Below, in pieces: positions 52,137 to 64,000 of a stretch of 64,000 bases of DNA. A program made the translations under genes and the position numbers. Numbering within the stretch: position 1 is the first letter of the stretch; every line of letters begins with the position of its first letter. The notes beneath the pieces were generated by a model. That model was given only the letters and a program-made list of their open reading frames with translations, had not been told where the DNA came from and did no database searches. Source of the stretch: Octopus vulgaris (Eukaryota); NCBI GenBank assembly GCA_951406725.2, contig OX597836.1, forward strand, positions 20,832,001 to 20,896,000, written 5' to 3'.

Positions 52137-53506
52137 CAACATCTGATACTATGTAACAGGAGGTAGGAACTGAACACAGAAATACTGTTGATCCTCTGCT
52201 TTGAAGTAGTACGTTATCTCTAAAGTCTAAAAGGTTAAAAGGTGAAGCTGTCGTTGAGAGGAACAGATACTACAAAACACTTAACAAAAGTTCCAATTTG
52301 CTGTCTTTTCTCTGAAGTAATTTCATACAAATATCTGAATTTACAAAAACATTAAAAATGTGTGTGTGAATTTACACACAAGTGAGCCCCACTTTTCCCA
52401 GTTTACCCGTGTCATGCCTTCCCCACCATCCTTTATCTCTCTCTATCACTCATCCCTCCATCCCTCTCCTAACTACTGCATTATTCTGCTGCTGTAATTA
52501 AATATTTTCTACTATAGGTACAAGATCTGAAATTTGTGGGGATAGGTAGTCACATTAACCCCAGTGCTGATCTGGTACTTAGCTTATTGACTCCCAAAAG
52601 GATGAACAGCAAAGTTGACCTGAGCAAGATTTGAACTCAAAACATAAAGCTGGGAGAAATACAATTAAGCATTTTGTCTGGTGAGCTAACAATTCTGACA
52701 GCAGGACCACATATATTCATCGCCCTTTTCTGTGCAACCAGTTATCCCTCTCATGACCCAGAACCACTTCCTTTGATAGCCATCCCTCATTCTCAACATC
52801 ATCTACTTACTCCCAATCACATTTCCCATTGATCACCCTTCCTATGTGTCCATTTATCTCTCACTCTTCTTAAATCATTTCTTATTGACTCTCCCTTATA
52901 TATTCCTGATCACCTATCACTATATGTCCAACTCTCCTCAGACACTCTCCATATACCCACCCATCATCTCCTTCTTTCTCTCATCTTCTCTCTCTAAGGC
53001 AGCAAGCTAGCAGAATTGTTAGCACACCGGGCAAAATGCCTCGTGGCGTTTCGTCCATCTTTACATTCTGAGTTCAAATTCTGCTGAGGTCAACCTTACC
53101 TTTCATCCTTTTGGGGTTGATAAATTAAGTGCCAGTCAAGTACTGGGGCCAGTGTGATCAACTATACCCCTCCTCTAAAATTTCAGACCTTGTGCCTATA
53201 GTACAAAGGATTATCATCACCTTCTCCCGCCTATCTTCCCTCCAATTCATCCCCATCCCCGACACCTGAATCATTCTCTCTACACACGCTTGCAACCCCT
53301 ACCAATCCACCCTTCCAGATCTTCTATCCCCGCTCTCTTACGTTCGTCTTCTTGTACTTTGAAGACACACTCTCACACCTTGTCACGACCTTCTTATTTC
53401 TCTGTATCTAACTTGAATATTCCCACCTACCCTTACATAAAACAAGGTAGCCATGTATCTCTTTTACAGCAAGAAACCTGTTCCTACCCTTTATTTCATA
53501 CTTTAA

Positions 53507-53727
53507 CCCTTTAGCATTTAAACCAGCCAAATCCGGCCAAAAGTATTCAGCCTGTTTTATGTTCAAACTGACTAGATCTGGTCTCTCACACGAACCCTAC
53601 AATATCGTTTTAAAAATTAACTGCTACCTCATCAAAATCTCACAGCTACAAGATAATGCATGATTAGTTCAAAACAGTATGGAGGAAAAAGCATTAATTT
53701 TGGCAGAATAATGCGAACACTAAAAGG
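53507..53727 (+). mobile_element. Diverged copy of the piggyBac-type MITE
   Basis: TTAA|CCCTTTAGC...ACTAAAAGG|TTAA with the shared internal ctgttttatgttcaaactg block. Confidence 0.8.
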
Positions 53728-54886
53728 TTAACCTCTCAATCCCTAGCATAAAGCTAACTTCCTCTCTACTACACTCTCTCTCAGTTGAGAGGGCTCTTTA
53801 CTTTTGTGAGTTACATGGTGACCTCACTAGTACTGATGACATGAAAAAAAAAAGGGCCCAATACCTTCTATAAAGGGGTTGGCATTAGGAAGGGCATTCA
53901 AGTGTAGAAAACATGTCAGAATAGACACTGGAGTATGATACAATCCAGTCAATACTATTGAACCATCCAACTCATGCCTGCATGTATGACAGACATTAAA
54001 TGATGATGATGATGATTAGATGAAAACAAGTAGAAAAAAGGGAGATTCTTGCAAAATATATACATCATCATGTATGCCACACATCCTACTTATACTATAT
54101 ATGCATCTATGCTATATATGCTAGTACTTGTAAAATAATATTTTATAGCATGCTTAAACACACTTGAAATAATGTTATAAAAATGAGAAGACTCACATTA
54201 TAACATACTTTAAAACTCACACAATACCTGTATGTGTACAGATGTATGCATAACAAGTTTAATGTGCGTGAGTGTGTGTGTGTGTGCATGTGTGTGTGTT
54301 TGTACATAATATAATATTTGTTTTAATGCCAAGGTTACATGTACAAACATTTAAACATTAAACTCAATACTCTTCAGTAGAATACATGTTTATTAAACTT
54401 TTACTAGGTAAAAGTTGATAGTGACTTTGAAGTTTAGGTTTGCTTACCCTTGTATATAAAATCTTTAAAATACATTTTTAACAAATTGAATATCCTCAAA
54501 TGTATAAATCAAAAACTTAAAATTCTATGTGCGCGTATGTACACAAACACACAAGACATTCTGTAATAGTACAATATTACAAGAGATGCATGCACACACA
54601 AACATAAACAGGATTTTTTTGATTTTTTTTTTAAATTTGGAAAATATTAAATGCCAATAAATCATATTTCCAGAAACAATCACCGCACAAAATAGCAATA
54701 AATAAACAGAGTGGAAGTAAACCAAAAATAAAGAATTTTAAATCAAGAATCATAAAATATCTCCACATTGTTTTGGTAATTTATGTGTGTGTCATAGGAA
54801 GGGGATTAAATATTCATTTCAAGACATCACTTCAATATAAAATGAAAAGTTCATGTTTAAATTTCATTAAAGAGGCCAGAGCTCTC

Positions 54887-54940
<54 letters not shown>

Positions 54941-56689
54941 ACACACACCAATCAGTAATAACATTTTAATTTCTTGTATCATTTATTTTAACAACTCAGT
55001 GATTATTGTTTCTTCTTTCCCTGGCAGAATTGTTAGAGCATCAGACAAAATGCCTTGCAACATATCTTCCCTCACTTTTATGTTCTGAGTTCAAGTCTTA
55101 CCAAAGTCAACTTTATTTTATCAACCTCAGAAGAAAGAAAAGCAAAGTACCACTCAATTAGAGAGTTCAATACTATCAAATAACACTCTCGCCACAAAAT
55201 TGCTGGCCATGTGCTTAAATCAGAAACCATCATTATTATTATTATTATTATTGGTTCTGGCAGAATCATAACATGTTGGAAAAAATCCTTAGCAGCATTT
55301 CTTTTGGCTTTTTCAAAGTCTGAGGTCAAATTCTGCTGAGGTCGACTTTGCTTTTCATCCTTTTGCAGTTGATAAAATAAGTACCGATCAAATACTAGGG
55401 TTCATGTAATCAGCTTCCTTTTCCATTAAAAATTGCAGGGCTTATGCCAAAATTTAATGATGACATCATTATCATCATCATCATCATCATCACCATTATT
55501 ATTATTATTATTATTATTATTATCATTATTATTATTATTATCATTATTATTATTATTATTATTATTTATTATCATCATCATCATCATCATTATTATTATT
55601 ATTATTATCTGCATATCATGAGCTGAAGAAGTTATCAAATTTAAAATGTAATAGATTCATCTTATGTCACAAAAAGTGGTTGGAAAAATATTCATCGTCA
55701 TCATCATCAGCATCGTCATCATCATCAATATTATTATTATCATTAAGGTTTTCCATCAGCTATATGTATTCATGTGTGAATCACATAAATACTGTTAACT
55801 ATATATCCTATACTTATATATAATGTCTATCAAGCCGTGTACATATGCATGTGTGTGAGAGTGTACATGCATATATATAAATGTGTATACACATACACAC
55901 TCACTTTCTCTCTCTCTCTCTCTCCCTTCCTCTCTTGTCACACACACACACACTCAATGTCTCTTCCTCTGTCTCTCTCTCTCCCTTCCTCTCTTTCTCA
56001 CACACACACTAAATGTCTCTTCCTCTGTCTTTCTCTATCGCTCTGTCTGACTCTCTCTCACACGTTCTTCATCTCTATTTTTCACAAGGAAGATTTAATG
56101 ATCAGCCAAGTGTAAAATTATGAAATACACTTTAAAAGAAAAGGAGAAAAGAAACCAAACACACACAAAAACAAAAACCCAAAAAAAAGTATGAAAACCT
56201 CAACATTCAATCACTTCCCTCATACTGAAAAATATGTTGTTTTGAACTTAAAAAGAAAATAATAAAATCCCATTTTTCTCAAATGGAAATTCTATTTTAC
56301 AAAATAATGGACAACATCCTTTTCCGCCTCCTTCCTGCTGCCACTGTAATCACCACAACCACCACTATGTTTTGAAGAAAACTGATAATGTTGAAGGAAA
56401 CTGTTCAACTTCAATGAATACTCATTAATCAGTTGCTAATAGAAAGAACAAGAAAAAAAAATACGATTAGCATTTTCCCCCCTCCTCTCTCCTCTGTGTG
56501 TATCAGATTTCAAAAAATTTAATGATATAGATATTTTTATGTTAAATGCTAAATTTGTAAAACACATCATGTAATCTACTTTAATGCTTCTTAAATAATA
56601 ACTAGAGGTTTTTCTTTCTTTCATTGCTTGCTTATATATTCATCTATTTATGTCAGGTTTTCATTCGTTTACAGTTTTATTACATAAAT

Positions 56690-57064
56690 AGGAGTGGCTG
56701 TGTGGTGAGTAGCTTGCTTACCAACCACATGGTTCAGGGTTCAGTCCCACTGCATGGCACCTTGGGCAAGTGCCTTCTACTATAGCCTCGGGTCGACCAA
56801 AGCCTTGTGAGTGGATTTGGTAGACGGAAACTGAAAGAAGCCCGTTATCATCATCATCATCATCATCGTCGTTTAACGTCCGTTCTCCATGCTAGCATGG
56901 GTTGGACGGTTCGACCGGGGTTCTGGGAAGCCAGAAGGCTGCACCAGGCTCCAGTCTAAATTTGGCAATGTTTCTACAGCTGGATGCCCTTCCTAACGCC
57001 AACCACTCCGTGAGTGTAGTGGGTGCTTTTTACGTGCCACCTGCACAGGTGCCAGGCGGGGCTA

Positions 57065-57121
<57 letters not shown>

Positions 57122-57345
57122 ATGTTTTGTGTGTCTGTCTTTGTCCCCCCAACATCGCTTGACGACCAATGCTGGTGTGTTTACGCCTCCGTAACTTAGC
57201 GGTTCGGCAAAAGAGACCAATAGAATAAGTACTAGGCTTACAAAGAATAAGTCCCGGGGTCGATTTGCTCGACTAAAGGCGGTGCTCCAGCATGGCCGCA
57301 GTCAAATGACTGAAACAAGTAAAAGAATAAAAGAATAAAAGAGTA
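56690..57345 (+). mobile_element. SINE family A copy with a family C insert (56846-57060)
   Basis: Head 56690-56845 and tail 57120-57345, with an inverted family C element at the microsatellite position. Confidence 0.8.
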
Positions 57346-57394
57346 TACACACACATCTATATTTATACATATACATACCTATATATACATATAT

Positions 57395-58040
57395 GTGTGG
57401 CTGTGTGGCAGAAAGAAGTTTGCCTTCCAGCCACATGGTTGCTGGTTCAGTCCCACAGTGTGACACTTTGGGTAAGTGTCTTCTTCCATTGCTTTGGGCC
57501 AACCAAGGCCTTGAGTGGATTTGATAGACAGAAATCTTAAAGACAGCCATTGTATGTCTGTATGTATGTATGTGTATGAGTGTGCATGTGTCTTTGTATC
57601 TGTGTTTGTCCCACACTACCTATTTCTTTACTACCCACAAGGGGTTAAACACAGAGAGGACAAACAAGGACAGACAAACGGATTAAGTCGATTACATCGA
57701 CCCCAGTGCATAACTGGTACTTAATTTATCAACCCCGAAAGGATGAAAGGCAAAGTCGACCTCAGTGGAATTTGAACTCAGAACGTAATGGCAGACAAAA
57801 TACGGCTACGCATTTCGCCCGGTGTGCTAACGTTTCTGCCAGCTGGCCGCCAGACTAGCACGTGACAACTAGTGTTGGTGTATTTGCGTCCCCATAACCT
57901 AATGGTTTGGCAAAAGAGACTGATAAAATAAGTAACAGGCTTCAAAAAAAAAAAAAAAAGTACTAGGGTTGATTCAATCAATTAAAAATTCTTCAAGGCA
58001 GTGCCCTAGCTTGGCTGCTGACTGATGACTGAAATAAGTA
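57395..58040 (+). mobile_element. SINE family A copy with an inverted family B insert (57619-57850)
   Basis: The family A body resumes at about 57862 (tgacaactagtgttggtg). Confidence 0.75.
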
Positions 58041-58544
58041 AGACACGTACACACATATTTACATACCTGCACATATATTGGGGGGGGGGGGCATGTAAAA
58101 AGCACCCACTACACTCTCGGAGTGGTTGGCATTAGGAAGGGCATCCAGCTGTAGAAACTCTGCCAGATCAAGACTGGAGCCTAGTGCAGCCATCTGGTTC
58201 GCCAGCCCTCAATCAAAATCGTCCAACCCATGCTAGCATGGAAAGTGGACGTTAAACGATGATGATGATCTTTTCTACTAAAAGCACAAGGCCTGAAATT
58301 TGCAGAGAGAGGACCAGTCGGTTAAATCAACCCCAGTACTGGTACTTATTTCACCAATCCCAAAAGGATGAAAGCCGAAGTCAATCTCGGTGGAATTTGA
58401 ACTCAGAACATGCAGACAGATGAAATGCTGTTATGCATCTTGCCCTGCATTCTAAAGATTCTGCCAGCTCACCAGCTTCATAATAATAACAATAATCATG
58501 TTTGTCCATAATAATAATCGACGTATCAGGGGTACTCTTAACTG

Positions 58545-59565
58545 GGCCAGACATGCGTGGCTGTGATCTCTCTTTAGTTGCCAGGTCTTCTCAATCACAG
58601 CATATCTCCAAAGATCTCGGTCTTCTTTTATTGCCTCTGTGAGGCCCAATATTTGAAGGTCAGGTTTCCACCACCTTATCCCATGTCTTCTTGAGTTTAC
58701 CTCTTCCACAGATTCCTTCCACAGTTAGGGAGTGCCACTTCCTCACATTGTATAGAGTTCCTACCCACACCTTTTCTATTGAACAGAGCCATCTACCTGA
58801 AGGGGATTGTGGTTTGATAGCCTTCCTACTTACTAAGACTTTGGTTTTTGCTAGGTTGACCCTAAGACCCTTTGATTCTAGACCTTGCTTCCACACCCTA
58901 AACTTCGTCTCTAGTTCTGGCAGTGATTCAGCTATTAGGGCAAGATCATCAGCATAGAGGGGCTACCAGGGGCAGCCTGTCTTGAATGCCTCTGTTATTG
59001 CTTGGAGAACTATAATTAATAAGAGGGGGCTGAGGAGTGATCCTTGGTGAACCCCTACTTCTACTCAGAATTCTACACTGTACTCATTGCCAACCCTCAC
59101 CTTACAGAGAACATCCCTGTACAGCTCTTACATACCACTCGTCTATTCCCAGTTTCCACATTGACCACCAGATAAGGGATCAGGTGACCCTGTCAAAGGC
59201 TTTCTCCAAGTCAACAAAAGCCAAGTACAGAGATTTATCTTTGGCTAGATAGTTCTCCTGCAGTTGCCTTACCAGAAATATAGCATCAGTGGTGCTTCTG
59301 CCTGGCACAAAACCAAACTGCATCTCATCTAGGCTAACTCTCTCCTTGATTAGTTGGGTTATGACCCTCTCGGTAACTTTCATCACCTGATCCAATAATT
59401 TGATACCTCTATGGTTATTTCTATTTAAAGCATCACCTTTACCCTTGTAGCAGTTGACTATGGTCCTGCTTCACCAGTTATTGGGTATGACTCCTTCATG
59501 AACTACCTGATTTATGATATGGATGACTAGACCATAACCCACACCGCCCGATATTTTAAGCACAG
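58545..59565 (-). mobile_element. RTE-clade LINE reverse transcriptase fragment (disrupted)
   Basis: YKGKGDALNRNNHRGIKLLDQVMKV...QFGFVPGRSTTDAIF...FVDLEKAFDRV, an LYADDL motif near 58945-58960, and KGLRVNLAKTK; frameshifts and internal deletions. Confidence 0.9.
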
Positions 59566-60257
59566 TGTGATACCTCTGCAAAGGGGTTGCAGAAGGAATG
59601 TCAGTTAATCTGATATAATGATTTCAAATTTAGCACCAAAAGTAGCTGTATAAATTTAGTGATTCTTCTGTGGTTTAGGAATATTTTGACTTCTATTTTT
59701 AGTAAAGCAGGTGCTTATATAGTACCCTAGAATATATATAATATATTTATATATCTTATATATAAATGTATGTATGTACACATACGTACATGAATGTATA
59801 CATGTACGAGTGGATTAGTGATAGAGTGGAGGAGAGATGGGGGAGGAGCACTTAGTTTGCTTCCCCCACCCCTCATTCCCTCCACCCCCCACCCAACACC
59901 CACTTTTAAACTGAAACTATTTTTCTGAAAAGTAACAAAATAATAAAGCAAACCATATTATAATATTATTTTACTGCTGAAAGAATATGCATTAAATCAA
60001 ACTGCATCTTTTTTTTTTGTATGTGCGTGTGTGTGTGTGTGTTTTTTTTTTGTGGGGGGTGCTTTTCCCTCCCTGCCAGTACTGCATCATTTTGAGAAAT
60101 AATCTCCACTGTTAAGGTTACAGAGAAGTACAAGTTAATCTAGTTTAGACATTTTTTTCTTTTCAAAAGAAAAATCTTTCTCTCCCTCTCTCTGCCCTCT
60201 CTTTTCTGTTCGTCCTTCTTAACTCTGATATTCTGAATGAAAAAATACAACAACGAC

Positions 60258-60293
<36 letters not shown>

Positions 60294-60507
60294 AAACCAG
60301 AAATGCTGCACCATACCCAGCCACCCCCACCCAAGCCAAATCAACTCTAAGCCTTAGTTTCCTTGATAATGGTGAATTCAGAACATGTTGCTGTTGCTTA
60401 GTCCCAAGTTTGTTCTGATTGAACAAGTCTATGATTAAGAGTGTTCCAGCCATGACTATTCCTCCTCATTTTTAATGTATCAACGACTACATTTTTTGTT
60501 TTAAAAA

Positions 60508-60870
60508 CTCTTTTACTTGTTTCAGTCATTTGACTGTGACCATGCTGGAGCACCGTCTTTAGTTGAGCAAATCGACCCCAGGACTTATTCTTTGTAAGCC
60601 CAGTACTTATTCTATCGGTCTCTTTTGCCAAACTGCTAAGTTATGGAGACGTAAACACACCAGCATCGGTTGTCAAGTAATGTTGGGGGGACAAACACAG
60701 ACACACAAACCTATACATACACATACCATATACATACATATACATATATACGACAGGCTTCTTTCAGTTTCCGTCTACCAAATCTACTCACAAGGCTTTG
60801 GTTGGCCTGAGGCTATAGTAGAAGATACTTGCCCAAGGTGCCACGCAGTGGGACTGAACCCGGAACCATG
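60508..60870 (-). mobile_element. SINE family A copy, head-truncated
   Basis: Homologous to 24341-24726. Other partial copies near 1470, 12000, 14400, 21010, 31000, 42170, 44770 and 63905. Confidence 0.8.
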
Positions 60871-61129
60871 TAGTTCGAGCCACTCCAATGCCTTAAATGG
60901 TAAAGAATTCAGAGACATACAGTACTTGCTGCCACAGAATGTTCTGCTAGTGCACTGAACCTATTCATCTGGCACAAGAACAACACAACATACCAACTTT
61001 AGGCTATTTCTGTTACATAATACAAATTAAATCTGGATTAATCTTTATTTCCGAGTGTGTATTATTAGATTTGTAAACAAATTATGGTGAGATTAAATCA
61101 GGGTATTACAAGGACAGATTTTTTTTTGA

Positions 61130-61183
<54 letters not shown>

Positions 61184-61398
61184 TAAAGGCGGTGAGCTGG
61201 CAGAATTGTTAGCATGTTGGATGAAATGCTTAGTGGTATTTCACGCATCGCTATGTTCTGAGCTCAAATTCTGCCAAAGTTGATTTTGCCTTTCATCCTA
61301 TCAGGGTCAATGAAATAAGTACCAGTTACGCACTGGGATCAGTGAAATCAACTATCTCACTCCCCCAAATTTCAGGCCTTGTGCCTATAGTAGAAAGG

Positions 61399-61439
<41 letters not shown>

Positions 61440-62794
61440 GATGATGATTTCTGAGTTCAAATTTTGCCAGGGTCAACTTTGTTTTTCATCCTTTCATGGT
61501 TTATAAATTATGTACCAGTCAAGTACTGGGGTCAATGTGATCAACTTACCCCCTCCCCACATATTTCAGGCCTTGTGTTTCTATAGCAGAAAGGATTATT
61601 ATTATTATTATTATCATCATTATTATTATTATTATTATTAATGACATTCAAACGTTCCCAAGAAGTATAACTAATGTCATGCATCTGTTGTTTCCAACAA
61701 TGGCCAAGAGGGCAAAACATAGCTTCCTATAGTTATTACAACTGCATTAACCAGACAATCAGATGTTATACACCACTGGTCACAATGCATTTGTTTACAT
61801 TGTTGTAGCTTTCAAATGATGCCATCCTGCTGGCTAGGTGGACAGGCTTGTTTAGTCATTATAGTCACCTAGATTGCTTAATGTATGGCCTTTCAACTGA
61901 TCAGCATAAAATCACTCACAAGTGTCCAAGTGTCCTCCGGCCTCTGGCCTGCAGGTATGTTCTCTCCTTTCTATTTCTTGCTTTTCTGCTGCTACTATAA
62001 TTGTTTCATACTCTGGCACAAGGCCAGCAATTTCGGGAGAATTGGGTAAGTCGATTACATTGACCTCAGTATTCAACTGGTACTTATTTTATTGACCCCC
62101 AAAAGGATGACAGGCAAAGCTGACCTTGGCAGAATTTAAACTCAGAACATGAAAACAGACAAAATACTACAAAGCATTTTGCCTGGCATGCTAACAATTC
62201 CGCCAGCTTGCTGCCTTTACCGCTAATATAAAGGCCACTGTTCCTCAGAAGTGTTTGATCGCATAATGCCATTACTCACGCAATCTTGACTAACTTGTCC
62301 CCCTTCCTCTCATCACCCATGGCATGTCCAACCACCCAAGCCCTGCACTAACTATTACACCCAGTCCTTTTACCCTCGATAACACTGCTTTCTTGCTTCA
62401 CCTGGAATTTTCCTCAGCTTGTGTCTTTTCTATCAGGTGTCAATTTGCAATAGTTTCAAACACAACATTTAACAACATCAATCTCACACCTGTCTAAAAG
62501 TGCCTGTAAAGGTGATGTGCACCTTCCAGAGTCAGCAAGATAAAAAAAAAAAGCACATAAAAAATAAAACAAACATCACTCAAATTGATTAATGTAATAT
62601 TTCAGCCTTGCTGAACCAAATCAATAACATTATATCTATAGGTTATAGTTCAATAGATTAAATTCCAAGTATCAATGATCAAAAGAATTCTGGCTGAAAC
62701 AAATGAAGGTGAAGTGGAGATGAGTGGAGAGAGTTTTTTTTTTTTTTTTTTTACAATGACCAAAAAAAGCAATTAGAGAATAGTAGGTACTTAC

Positions 62795-62929
62795 GTTGTC
62801 TGCGACACCACCTGGTAAAATGGTTTTAACCACAACACCAGTGCTCTTGCCCCCAAAGATTCCGAACCCCAATCCAGTGCCATCGTTAACCAAATCTATG
62901 ACCTCAATTTGAGTCCAATCTGTGTTTAA
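62795..62929 (-). CDS. MPDZ: MPDZ/PATJ-like exon A (135 nt): N-terminal half of a PDZ domain
   Basis: tttcag| acceptor and |gtaagt donor. Encodes [45 protein letters not shown] with the GLGF carboxylate-binding loop. Confidence 0.95.
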
Positions 62930-63083
62930 CTGAAACAATAAAAATTGGAAAATAATTATACATAAGGATGTGAGTAATAGTCTGTGTTCATGTGTATGTA
63001 TACACATACACACCATATACATATATATTTATATATACACACACACATTCTTGTATGAGTCAAGAAACTGTCTGCATTTGTGC

Positions 63084-63140
<57 letters not shown>

Positions 63141-64000
63141 AAAATTTATATAAAGAGAGACAGAGCAGTAAAGGGAAAGAAAGATGCAAAAGACACACAT
63201 ACACACATATATATACATGCATACAACATACATACCATAAGAGAAAGACTGGAAAGAGAAAGAGGGAGAGCTTAGATTCAATCAACTGAATCATGTCAAT
63301 ATTGATGTTTCTGACAAGGAACAAAGCCCCATTACCCCCACCACCATAAAATCCACCAGCGCCACTCCCCACCATTAAGGGATGGCGGGAAAGTGAAAGT
63401 GAGAACGAGTAGGGTGTACGTAAATGAATTGACCTCTGTTTTATATTATATTACGTTACATCGATATTTCTTTTATCAACCTCAGAAAAGTTAAAAGGCA
63501 TAATTGACTTGTTCCAAATGATTTGGAATCAGAAAAATATGACTTGCTAATCTGGATGATGGTAAAAATAGCCTCGACGGCCGCAGAGTTCCGTGTTTAT
63601 TGCTCCCTTACAAACAAAGTAGATTACAGTGAGAAAAGACAGAGAAGGGAAATAGTTGACTGAAAAATGCTGTTATATGAAGGATTGGAGCTATTTTTGC
63701 TTTTGTTTTGTTTTTGAATGCTGGAATGCCAAAAGAAAATTGACCCTTTTAGAAGTGAACTCACACACACACGAAGAAGCAAAACAGAGAGCATGGACCT
63801 GTACCAACCGCAATGATCTTGACTGCTTTCTTCTATACAATGTATATTTATAACAGTGTATATGTGTGTATGTGTATATTACACACACACACACATCTTT
63901 ATCCTTCATTTGTTTCAGTTATTGGACTGTGGCCATGTAGGGGCACTACCTTGAAGAAGTTTTAGTTGAAGTCCAGTACTTATTGTTTTTTTAAAACTTA

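Larger units (their letters stand above)
7042..62929 (-). other. MPDZ: Partial multi-exon gene: MPDZ/PATJ-like multi-PDZ scaffold (5 exons, 859 coding nt in window)
   Basis: Five exons splice in frame (phases 0,0,1,0,1) across GT-AG introns of 15391, 16291, 12935 and 10412 bp. The peptide matches, from recall, MPDZ PDZ2/PDZ3 and the corresponding Drosophila Patj region. No start or stop seen in the window. Confidence 0.9.

Noticed and set aside
51956-52156. ORF with (LLPRVS)n, or a CRISPR-like palindromic repeat
   Set aside because: Head-to-tail minisatellite without spacers; the ORF stays open only because 18 is a multiple of 3.
63240-63375. Gly-rich ORF start (MVGSGAGGFYGGGG) as an upstream exon
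   Set aside because: No convincing splice sites or PDZ similarity; the ORF runs into microsatellite.

Overview
Eukaryotic, AT-rich, microsatellite- and retroposon-dense DNA. The repeat repertoire looks like an octopus (coleoid cephalopod) genome, which is an inference. The window lies almost entirely inside one large minus-strand gene, an MPDZ/PATJ (InaD-like) multi-PDZ polarity scaffold. Five coding exons (62929-62795, 47403-47032, 30740-30617, 17681-17590, 7177-7042) join in frame through canonical GT-AG introns of 10-16 kb and encode two tandem PDZ domains; three of these exons are not in the ORF track. The gene begins beyond 64000 and probably continues below position 1. The introns hold several tRNA-derived SINE families, RTE, CR1, R4/Dong and CRE-like LINE fragments, mariner and piggyBac fossils, a TTAA MITE family, Helitron-like elements, a probable solo LTR, minisatellites and a perfect 56-bp-arm hairpin. 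Nearly all other ORF-track entries are microsatellite or repeat artefacts. The most interesting leads concern RNA: intronic dsRNA sources (hairpin, inverted CR1 pair, inverted MITEs bracketing four exons) and three PDZ codons that A-to-I editing would return to the family consensus. No wholly new biological system could be supported from sequence alone. Repeat coordinates are approximate unless TIR/TSD boundaries are given.
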